From positions 1 through 40,595 of IMG/VR virus record IMGVR_UViG_3300025696_000002: DNA of 40,595 nucleotides; one strand, 5' to 3'. The position numbers and the translations under genes are program-made. Positions 33,096 through 39,508 of this stretch are shown piece by piece (the first letter of the stretch is position 1; each line of letters begins with the position of its first letter). The DNA is from a virus. Under the pieces are notes generated by a model, which saw only the letters and a list, made by a program, of their open reading frames with translations, was not told where the DNA came from and did not search any database.

Positions 33096-33311
33096 CTAGT
33101 CATCATTAATCAGCAAAGCCAAAGCCAAAAGCGCCCGCTCCTTGTTCAAATGCTGCGAGCGCTGCGATACGCTTATCGCTACGTTGCCGGTTGGAATGTG
33201 CCGCAGCTTAACTCCGTTGGGAATTTGGCCGGTTTGCATTCCGCCTTTTGGCTTCGGCGGCCATAGCTCGCCTTCTATATCGTCGGGCTTTAGCATTTCA
33301 ATCTCCCGCAA
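33096..33311 (-). CDS. Stand-alone class-I release factor domain-3-like protein with GGQ replaced by GGM
   Basis: 71 aa. [40 protein letters not shown] aligns without gaps to the RF2-type [41 protein letters not shown] (from memory). Confidence 0.65.
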   Translation of the reverse strand: [71 protein letters not shown]

Positions 33312-33322
33312 GCCGTGGCCTG

Positions 33323-33529
33323 CTATAAATATTCAACGTTCCAAGTGGGGTGCAAGTTTAGGCGAGTCTTGCAGCCCGGCACCCTGTCATCTGGCAGCAC
33401 TCGAAGCCGAGCACCGCGCGCTGATGTAATGCGGCCAAACCAAACCCCGCCAAAACCATCTACAAACTTTATTCTGCCGCCTCGCTTGGCTGGTACTTTG
33501 TAGTAATCCCTTATGTATTTCATGCTCAT
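33323..33529 (-). CDS. Hypothetical protein
   Basis: 68 aa, basic. Confidence 0.5.
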   Translation of the reverse strand: MSMKYIRDYYKVPAKRGGRIKFVDGFGGVWFGRITSARGARLRVLPDDRVPGCKTRLNLHPTWNVEYL

Positions 33530-33547
33530 AATTTATACCTGCCGCAA

Positions 33548-33626
33548 ATCTAACAATCAGTTGCATCGGACATTGGCTGCGCCAACGCTTCGCGGCCTCC
33601 GGCTGCCGTTGAACTAGCAGTTAGGT
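33548..33626 (+). repeat. attC-like hairpin element E4 (79 bp)
   Basis: ATCTAAC-AATC-AGTT[G]CATCGG[A]CA...TG-CCGTTG-AACT-AGCA-GTTAGGT (one mismatch in the 6-bp block). The upstream gene reads through the right-hand heptamer and stops 4 nt inside the element. Confidence 0.55.
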
Positions 33627-33982
33627 GCCTCCGGAACTTCATACCAGTGGGTGTAAGGTGGCTGCTCTTTTGCCCCCGTAAATGGAATTTCGACAGGCGC
33701 GGCGATTAAATAGTGTTCGTAGTTTTGAGCATGAACTTGCCATTGGTCATCACTCCAAATGTCATCTTCATAAAGTTCGTTTCCGTCACCATCTCGCCAA
33801 AACATACGAAGCCATCGCCCGTCTTTTGGTGCCGTCGCTATCGGCTGCCAGCCGTTCTTTTCAGCTTCTCGTAGCAATCGCCGTACAATTTGAACCGCAT
33901 TATCTGTATCAACTTCTGTTCGGAAGTCTAAATGAACTAGCCGCTCAACTATTCCCCGCGCTTTTTCGTCTCGTTCGCTCAT
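33614..33982 (-). CDS. DUF551-like protein
   Basis: 122 aa containing GWQPIATAPKDGRWL. Confidence 0.6.
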   Translation of the reverse strand: MSERDEKARGIVERLVHLDFRTEVDTDNAVQIVRRLLREAEKNGWQPIATAPKDGRWLRMFWRDGDGNELYEDDIWSDDQWQVHAQNYEHYLIAAPVEIPFTGAKEQPPYTHWYEVPEAPNC

Positions 33983-34005
33983 AACCTTAATCCTCTAGTG
34001 TCGCA

Positions 34006-34089
34006 ACCTAACAACGGGTTGCATTAGACACCGCTACGCGGCGGCGCTTCGCTTGGCCCTGCGGGCTGCTACTGAACCCACAGTTATGC
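34006..34089 (+). repeat. attC-like hairpin element E5 (84 bp)
   Basis: ACCTAAC-AAC-GGGTT[G]CATTAG[A]CA...TG-CTACTG-AACCC-ACA-GTTATGC (one mismatch). Confidence 0.55.
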
Positions 34090-34098
34090 CCCTATCCC

Positions 34099-34491
34099 TT
34101 AACCGGCAGTCATTGAGGCAAGCAGCTTAGGGGTGATGTCATGCTCAAGCCCAAACGCCATTACTTCACCCGGCATTGCAGGCTCGATAACGCTGAACAT
34201 GCCCTTGTAATCGCCAAGCTCATTGATGATCACTCCTAGCCACTTCTGACCGCCATCAAAGCCAGACTCGCCCCATTCAAGCCCCTCGGTCTTCTCGCCT
34301 TGGCAAAATTCGTCTGGGTTATTCTCATTGGTCGCAATGGTTTTGCCTTCGCAAACAGCTATGTGGTGCGACAGCTCGTCAACCTCATAAGGCTCGCCGG
34401 TGTCTTCATCATATTTCGTGCGCTTCTTTCGGATCGCTTGGATCTCAACAGGGAAGCCAAAAACAATGTCGGTGCTGTAACTAATGCTCAT
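34099..34491 (-). CDS. Hypothetical protein
   Basis: 130 aa, acidic, no motif. Confidence 0.55.
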   Translation of the reverse strand: MSISYSTDIVFGFPVEIQAIRKKRTKYDEDTGEPYEVDELSHHIAVCEGKTIATNENNPDEFCQGEKTEGLEWGESGFDGGQKWLGVIINELGDYKGMFSVIEPAMPGEVMAFGLEHDITPKLLASMTAG

Positions 34492-34554
34492 ATCAAATCC
34501 GTCTTTATCAGTTAAGCGCCAGCGGTGCTAGCGCGGTAAGCCCGTATGAGAGGG

Positions 34555-34613
34555 GTATAACAAAACGCTGGAGAGCGACCCGCTAGCGCGGGCGCCTCAG
34601 CTCTGTGTTATGC
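34555..34613 (+). repeat. attC-like hairpin element E9 (59 bp, minimal form)
   Basis: GTATAAC-AAAAC-GCTG[G]AG[A]GCG[A]CCCGC-tagc-GCGGG-CGC-CT-CAGC-TCTGT-GTTATGC. Confidence 0.55.
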
Positions 34614-34919
34614 GTCAGCGTCAGCCATTGGCGGGCTTTTGTAAATCTTGCCCGTTCTAGGGTTACATGGTTTGCACTGGCCAAGGTCGATGTACAAAGT
34701 CCACCGGCCAAAAACAACAAACTTAGTTCTGATTCTTGACCATTCGCCTTTGCGGAATTTCCACATAATCCCGAAACCAAAATGTCGTGGGAATCCTATG
34801 TGCCACCATCCGTCCATGATTCGCCACCTAAAAAACGGGTTAAACGTTTTTACAAGGCCGTTAGAATAACGCGTGGTCGATGGCGTTCTTTCAAAATACG
34901 TCTTTTTCATATTATTCAA
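34608..34919 (-). CDS. Hypothetical protein
   Basis: 103 aa, Trp/Phe/Arg-rich. Confidence 0.5.
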   Translation of the reverse strand: MNNMKKTYFERTPSTTRYSNGLVKTFNPFFRWRIMDGWWHIGFPRHFGFGIMWKFRKGEWSRIRTKFVVFGRWTLYIDLGQCKPCNPRTGKIYKSPPMADADA

Positions 34920-34935
34920 TCCTCAAATAGCTTAC

Positions 34936-35019
34936 GCATAACAAAAGAATGCAGTTGACACCCTTTCCACTACCGCTTAGCGTCCGTTTCAAGTGCGCGA
35001 ACTGATTCAACAGTTAGTT
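34936..35019 (+). repeat. attC-like hairpin element E6 (84 bp, weaker inner stem)
   Basis: GCATAAC-AAAA-GAAT[G]CAGTT...AACTG-ATTC-AACA-GTTAGTT. Confidence 0.45.
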
Positions 35020-35026
35020 GCCTCGT

Positions 35027-35164
35027 TTAACTGGCGCGCATGCCATTATAAAAAACACCAACAGCAGCGCCACCGGTAATGCCGAGCATGAAAGCCATAA
35101 ACGCAACGCCAAGCACTGGATAAATTGCGTTCGCTATTGCCTTTAGCTTTTCCATTCCATCCAT
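35027..35164 (-). CDS. Possible 45-aa membrane peptide
   Basis: Hand-translated MDGMEKLKAIANAIYPVLGVAFMAFMLGITGGAAVGVFYNGMRAS. Below the ORF-track cutoff. Confidence 0.3.
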   Translation of the reverse strand: MDGMEKLKAIANAIYPVLGVAFMAFMLGITGGAAVGVFYNGMRAS

Positions 35165-35217
35165 CCCGCAACCGTTCCGGCTGCTCATTTATGTGTTCCG
35201 CTACTGCTTAGCAGAAG

Positions 35218-35412
35218 CTAGTTTGCTTGCTCATTGCACGGCGCTGAATCGCTTACATAGTTCTCATAGCGAATTAGCGCAGCTTTTAGAAAGCCACGAA
35301 CTTCGTCAACGCTCGGGCCGCCTAATTTCACGAACTCAGGATTTGCCAGCGCAAAAAAATAGTCGCTAGCGTGCTCTGCAACTTTCTCCAATAACTGTTT
35401 CTCGTTACTCAT
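35218..35412 (-). CDS. Hypothetical protein
   Basis: 64 aa. Confidence 0.5.
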   Translation of the reverse strand: MSNEKQLLEKVAEHASDYFFALANPEFVKLGGPSVDEVRGFLKAALIRYENYVSDSAPCNEQAN

Positions 35413-35430
35413 AAATCCTCGCTATCGCAA

Positions 35431-35514
35431 ATATAACAACGGCTTGCAGTTGACCCCGTGAGCCAGTGCGCTTTATTAATAATTTTGGTGGGGCAACTGA
35501 ACCCACAGTTAAGT
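35431..35514 (+). repeat. attC-like hairpin element E7 (84 bp)
   Basis: ATATAAC-AAC-GGCTT[G]CAGTTG[A]CCCC...GGGG-CAACTG-AACCC-ACA-GTTAAGT (one mismatch). Confidence 0.55.
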
Positions 35515-35748
35515 TGCAAACTCAGCCGGCTTTAATGGTTGCGGCTGCCAGTGGGTCGCATCTATAAAATTGCCGTGTGAGGCCCATCCTTCTTCGTCGT
35601 AATCCACGCGCTCCCAGGTCTCGAAAACTCCGTGCTCATTAAATCGGCAGCGGCTTTCCCAACAGCCCGTACCTTCGCCGCTTGTAATCCACGCCTGGAA
35701 CTCGCTCCCGTCATTTGGCGCTGTCTCTATCGGTTGCCAGTCACTCAC
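35509..35748 (-). CDS. DUF551-like protein
   Basis: 79 aa, GTG start. Contains DWQPIETAPNDGSEF. Confidence 0.6.
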   Translation of the reverse strand: MSDWQPIETAPNDGSEFQAWITSGEGTGCWESRCRFNEHGVFETWERVDYDEEGWASHGNFIDATHWQPQPLKPAEFAT

Positions 35749-35834
35749 GCCAAAACCTCCCTAACCAGTAGCCCGATAGAAAACGCCAACAGCGCAAAGG
35801 TGATTAGCGGCAGTATTTTGTTGCGGTTAGGCAT
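35745..35834 (-). CDS. Possible 29-aa membrane peptide
   Basis: Hand-translated MPNRNKILPLITFALLAFSIGLLVREVLA. Overlaps both neighbours (ATGCCTAA, GTGA). Confidence 0.3.
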   Translation of the reverse strand: MPNRNKILPLITFALLAFSIGLLVREVLA

Positions 35835-36153
35835 CGTATTGCTCCATCAGCTGGATAAATTTACGCTCTGCGGCGATTAGCCAGTTTCGCAGCCGGGTTT
35901 CCTTCGTTCCCTCAATGGTTCGGCCGTCCTGAAAATCGTGGCATGTGCTACAAAGAGGCACCGACCATCGGTTGTCGCCCTTTAAGCCCGTGCCGTTATC
36001 AAACGTCGGCAGGTGGGCGGCTACTGTCGTTCCGTCGTTTACTGTGCAGAGGATGCAAGGCTCGTCGCGGGCCGCTTCCATCGGCTTGCGGGATTTGTTG
36101 CGCGTGGGTTTGGGTAGCAGCATGTCTGTTACTGAGGCGGCGCGGCTGTTCAT
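35827..36153 (-). CDS. Ref/DUF968-like HNH-type nuclease (putative recombination enhancement function)
   Basis: 108 aa. CILC...TVAAHLP...GTGLKGDNRWSVPLCSTCH resembles the P1 Ref / DUF968 metal-binding pattern. Confidence 0.5.
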   Translation of the reverse strand: MNSRAASVTDMLLPKPTRNKSRKPMEAARDEPCILCTVNDGTTVAAHLPTFDNGTGLKGDNRWSVPLCSTCHDFQDGRTIEGTKETRLRNWLIAAERKFIQLMEQYDA

Positions 36154-37079
36154 AATGATTCATGGCCATAATAATTATCTTGGCTGTTTAAGCTTAGGTT
36201 TGTCTTTTTCGCTAAGGGCGGGTTTACTGTGAATGCTGTACCGCCAATATCTACCACTTGAGTTCCACTCAAAAAAGCAGTTATATCTATATCAGTGCCG
36301 TTTCTCAGTCTGCGCTTATGAGACTCTACTAAGTGCAGTATTGGTCGCTTCCTGCCTGTGGCAGTCATAGGCAGGCTTCTTGCGTAAAGGAGTGACTTTA
36401 TTTCCTCTTTCATGCAGCCTAGATTGGCCCTTGCCTCTGCCTCTTGAGCCGTTATAGACCAGCAAAATCGCCTATCAGCGTGTTCTTGCAGAATTACAGA
36501 GGCTATGCCAGCGGTGTTTTCTCTGTGCGCTCTAAGCTCAGTAAGTATTGGATGACCATTCAGCTTATTGTTTGCTGCCTCATTCTTGCTAATGAAGCAG
36601 GTAGCAACCTCTCCGGACTTGCTAACAGTTACACATGAAACTCGATTAGCAAGATGATGACTGGTTGCGTAAATCAATTTTAATTTATAAAGATTGCCGC
36701 CCGTTTGCCTTATAAAACCTTTCGGTGTTTTGTTTAACGCCTCCATCGTGGCAATGCATGCGTATACATTTCCGCATTCGGGCAACTCAAAATCACCGGC
36801 GTTGAACACCATGCCTGAAACAGCAAAGCTGGGCAGGTTATCGTTCTTGGTGTCGAAGTAACCAAATTCTCCATCTATGTCCTCAGGCTCTATAACCTCC
36901 CTTGACCTGCTTGGAATATAAGGACCAACTGCCCTAGCTCTTAGCATGTCGGACAAAGATACTCTTTCTGATTTTATCCACTTTTTCTGGCTTTCTAACT
37001 TTGTTTCGTAGCAGGCGATAAGTATTGAGCTAACTGAATCCTCAAAATCTTCACCTTTCCATGCGTCAATAACTTCCAC
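36150..37079 (-). CDS. Hypothetical protein, low-GC insert in the recombination module
   Basis: 309 aa, visibly more AT-rich than both neighbours. No catalytic motif recognised. Confidence 0.6.
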   Translation of the reverse strand: MEVIDAWKGEDFEDSVSSILIACYETKLESQKKWIKSERVSLSDMLRARAVGPYIPSRSREVIEPEDIDGEFGYFDTKNDNLPSFAVSGMVFNAGDFELPECGNVYACIATMEALNKTPKGFIRQTGGNLYKLKLIYATSHHLANRVSCVTVSKSGEVATCFISKNEAANNKLNGHPILTELRAHRENTAGIASVILQEHADRRFCWSITAQEAEARANLGCMKEEIKSLLYARSLPMTATGRKRPILHLVESHKRRLRNGTDIDITAFLSGTQVVDIGGTAFTVNPPLAKKTNLSLNSQDNYYGHESL

Positions 37080-37681
37080 TACGCCACCTCCAAATACTGC
37101 TCAACAGCCGCTTGCATATGCTCTGGTGATTCAAATTCCGTTTTCAACATTTCGCGCCAGGCAACCCGGCTAACCTTGTTGTAGTAGTCGCGCCATTCAT
37201 CGCCCGACATAGCGTTAAAATTCGTAGGCAGTGATTTACGGGTGTAACCTGTAGGCGTGAGCACTAGCTCAAAATGGCATTGCTGCTTTAGCCATTCGTG
37301 AATAATTTCAGGCGTCGGGGCTACCGGTTCCGGCGCTGCGTCGGCTCGCAGCGCGGCGATACGTGATAGCTCCGTTTTAACCACCTCGCGGGCTTTCGGT
37401 ATTGGCAGCTTGAAGGTGTTAGCCATAGCCAGCATCAGGTTATTGGCCAGGCTCAATTCAGCAGCCGTCAACAGCTCATTCGTCGGCTTCCAGTAGTGCT
37501 GTAATAGCTCGATAAACGGCCCCCAGTAAAGGTTGTGCCATGCAACTGATCGAGACTTCACTTTCACCGCTTCAAGCCGCACGCCTTGGCCGTTGTTCCA
37601 GACTTGGGAAAGCTCCCGGTCATAATCGGTAACGGGGCGTAGAGCGCCGTTGTTGTATGTGCAAGTAATTTGCTTAGCCAT
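37079..37681 (-). CDS. Hypothetical protein (possibly DUF1367-like), Erf-adjacent
   Basis: 200 aa, with start/stop overlaps on both sides. Confidence 0.5.
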   Translation of the reverse strand: MAKQITCTYNNGALRPVTDYDRELSQVWNNGQGVRLEAVKVKSRSVAWHNLYWGPFIELLQHYWKPTNELLTAAELSLANNLMLAMANTFKLPIPKAREVVKTELSRIAALRADAAPEPVAPTPEIIHEWLKQQCHFELVLTPTGYTRKSLPTNFNAMSGDEWRDYYNKVSRVAWREMLKTEFESPEHMQAAVEQYLEVA

Positions 37682-38574
37682 TACGCCACCTCGCCAAGAT
37701 CAACTTCACCGGGTAGCGATTCGGCAGCGAGGGCACGGCGGGCCGCAGAAAATCCGTCGCCTTGCTTAATTTCTGTACGCTCGGCAGTGGTGAAAATTCC
37801 GCCCTTGGTTGGGGCCAGCCATAGCCAGCCTTTTTCCTCGTCGGTTAGCTCGTTGTAGGCTTCGGCTGCCAGTGAAAAGTCGCCCGTTTCAGCACCGGTC
37901 AGCAGTCCGCGCTTAATCGCGTCAACGCTGGCCCAAAGCTCGCGAACCGCTGATATGTGTTCGATAACTTTTTTATTCGCTGCTGTTAGCTCCTCGATAA
38001 GATCAGGCCCGCCGTGCTGGCCGTCGTCGTCCTGATCGCCGGTCATAATTCCTAGCGCGTTGCAGAACGCCAGGCGCTTGGCGTAAGTAGTGGCGCTGGC
38101 CGCTTTCTGCATGTCGTTCATAAATGCTTTTGGGTCAACCGGTGCGGTAAAACTTGAGCGCTCCGAGTGGCCTAAGACATGAGTAATTACGACAGTGGCC
38201 GTTGCCATGCCAGCCTCAAAGTTCGCGTCTACGGTGTAGCTCAGGCCGCAGTCGGTCAGCAGGCCGCGTACTTGCAAAACGATTGCATCCATCGGCGCGT
38301 ATGAATAACGCGGCACTGTGTAATTTCCGGCTTTATCTTTGCCGTAAACCACCTTGTCTTTCTTGATTACTGGGCATTTACTCTGAAAATCAGAAATTGA
38401 CCGCTGATAGGCTTCGCGCGCCTTGTTGGCGTTGTGGCGCTCCTGCAAGTCCATTAGCTTGCCCATTACTTCAACGTCGGCTTTTGACTCGATGGCTTGC
38501 CGTAGAAGCTGGCTAGCGTCCATTGTGGCTAGCTCTGACACCGGCTCTGCTTTTGCTACTGCTGAGTTACTCAT
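37681..38574 (-). CDS. erf: Erf-family single-strand annealing protein
   Basis: GGAGG RBS then ATG at 38574. YSYAPMDAIVLQVRGLL and QKAASATTYAKRLAFCNALGIMTGDQDDDG parallel the P22 Erf segments YKYRSCEDILEGVKPLL and GATSSYARKYCLNGLFGIDDAKDAD (from memory). Confidence 0.75.
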   Translation of the reverse strand: MSNSAVAKAEPVSELATMDASQLLRQAIESKADVEVMGKLMDLQERHNANKAREAYQRSISDFQSKCPVIKKDKVVYGKDKAGNYTVPRYSYAPMDAIVLQVRGLLTDCGLSYTVDANFEAGMATATVVITHVLGHSERSSFTAPVDPKAFMNDMQKAASATTYAKRLAFCNALGIMTGDQDDDGQHGGPDLIEELTAANKKVIEHISAVRELWASVDAIKRGLLTGAETGDFSLAAEAYNELTDEEKGWLWLAPTKGGIFTTAERTEIKQGDGFSAARRALAAESLPGEVDLGEVA

Positions 38575-38575
38575 A

Positions 38576-38698
38576 TCAACCTCCAAAAATCTGAAAAATC
38601 AAAAGCCCGGCTACAAGCGCGAAGGCCACGGCTGTTAGCGCCGTTACGGGCAGCTCAGGCTTATGCGCGCTGCTGATTAGTGGGCATTTATGCTGCAT
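38576..38698 (-). CDS. Possible 40-aa membrane peptide
   Basis: Hand-translated MQHKCPLISSAHKPELPVTALTAVAFALVAGLLIFQIFGG. Confidence 0.3.
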   Translation of the reverse strand: MQHKCPLISSAHKPELPVTALTAVAFALVAGLLIFQIFGG

Positions 38699-38873
38699 GG
38701 CTGGCCTCGCTGCTGTTTTTGTTCTTCATCGACACGGCGATAGCTGACAATTGGTCTAGCTGGGCGACGCTCAGAAAGCAGAACGTTCTATCGAGAAGGC
38801 CGGTCAGGTCTTTGCGGGTTACTACTGGCGATTCGCCTTGCTCCGGCTGTTTTGCTACTGATTGATTAGCCAT
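38688..38873 (-). CDS. Hypothetical protein
   Basis: 61 aa, coupled to its neighbours. Confidence 0.5.
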   Translation of the reverse strand: MANQSVAKQPEQGESPVVTRKDLTGLLDRTFCFLSVAQLDQLSAIAVSMKNKNSSEASHAA

Positions 38874-39058
38874 TACGCTGCCACCTCCACTAAATCCAGC
38901 GGCGACCGGCTGCGGTCGAAAACGCGGCCTTTGCTATTCCATCCCAGCGGATAGCGTGAAAACGCCACGCGGCCGGTGATGGTGCCGTCTTGCCGGCGGG
39001 ATAGGTGCGTTACCGCATCGCCCGCGCGGGTGGTGTATCGCTTGATTTGGTTTTTCAT
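38873..39058 (-). CDS. Hypothetical protein
   Basis: 61 aa, basic. Confidence 0.5.
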   Translation of the reverse strand: MKNQIKRYTTRAGDAVTHLSRRQDGTITGRVAFSRYPLGWNSKGRVFDRSRSPLDLVEVAA

Positions 39059-39390
39059 TACGCGGCCACCTTTTTCTCAGCTTCCCAAGCATCGGCCAGC
39101 TTGATCGCCAGCCGGCAGAACACGCGGCGGTAGCTTTCTTCGTAGAGCTTATTTGCGTCTACTTCGGTATTGCCGGTAACTGACAGCATGCGAGCCACGT
39201 CAATAGCGGGATTGTCTTCAACTATTTCAGCAATTTCGTCGTGCGTGATCGATTCGCTGCCGACAATGATCTGATTGATGCCAAAGGCGCATTTCGTGTT
39301 GCAAAACTCGTCCCACATATCGGCGACGGTGTGATTGCTGAACGACTTGGCGATAGCTTGATTGGCGGCGCGGGTGATAGCTGATTGCAT
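39058..39390 (-). CDS. Hypothetical protein, first gene of the leftward operon
   Basis: 110 aa, ~26 nt downstream of the predicted leftward promoter start. Confidence 0.6.
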   Translation of the reverse strand: MQSAITRAANQAIAKSFSNHTVADMWDEFCNTKCAFGINQIIVGSESITHDEIAEIVEDNPAIDVARMLSVTGNTEVDANKLYEESYRRVFCRLAIKLADAWEAEKKVAA

Positions 39391-39422
39391 GTTTGTTGCC
39401 TGCGGTTTGTTTGGATACAGGC

Positions 39423-39451
39423 AGTCTACATATTGGAGACTTGCGGTGCAA
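39423..39451 (-). promoter_or_regulatory. Candidate leftward early promoter (PL-like)
   Basis: Minus strand: TTGCAC (39451-39446), 17-nt spacer, TAGACT (39428-39423). Confidence 0.5.
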
Positions 39452-39508
39452 TCCCATTTTGTAGACTTTATAAAGAATCCAATTATGTTAAGCGTAAAAG
39501 CTTAATTT

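Noticed and set aside
34509-34545. Extra GTTAAGC core-like heptamer and a GCTAGCGCGG segment just upstream of the 34099-34491 start, resembling part of E9.
   Set aside because: No matching RYYYAAC or complementary arm could be paired. Possibly a decayed tenth element, but not supportable.
31188-35514. Whether the repeated intergenic elements are a CRISPR array.
   Set aside because: The repeats are 59-85 bp imperfect palindromes with divergent sequences, spaced 400-950 bp apart with ORFs between them. They are not 28-37 bp identical direct repeats with 30-40 bp spacers.
36276-36288. 13-nt identity (AGCAGTTATATCT) between the coding region of the low-GC 309-aa gene and the right end of element E1 (31262-31274).
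   Set aside because: No partner heptamer or inverted repeat nearby and it lies in-frame inside a gene. It could be a relic core site, but a single 13-mer is too weak to call.
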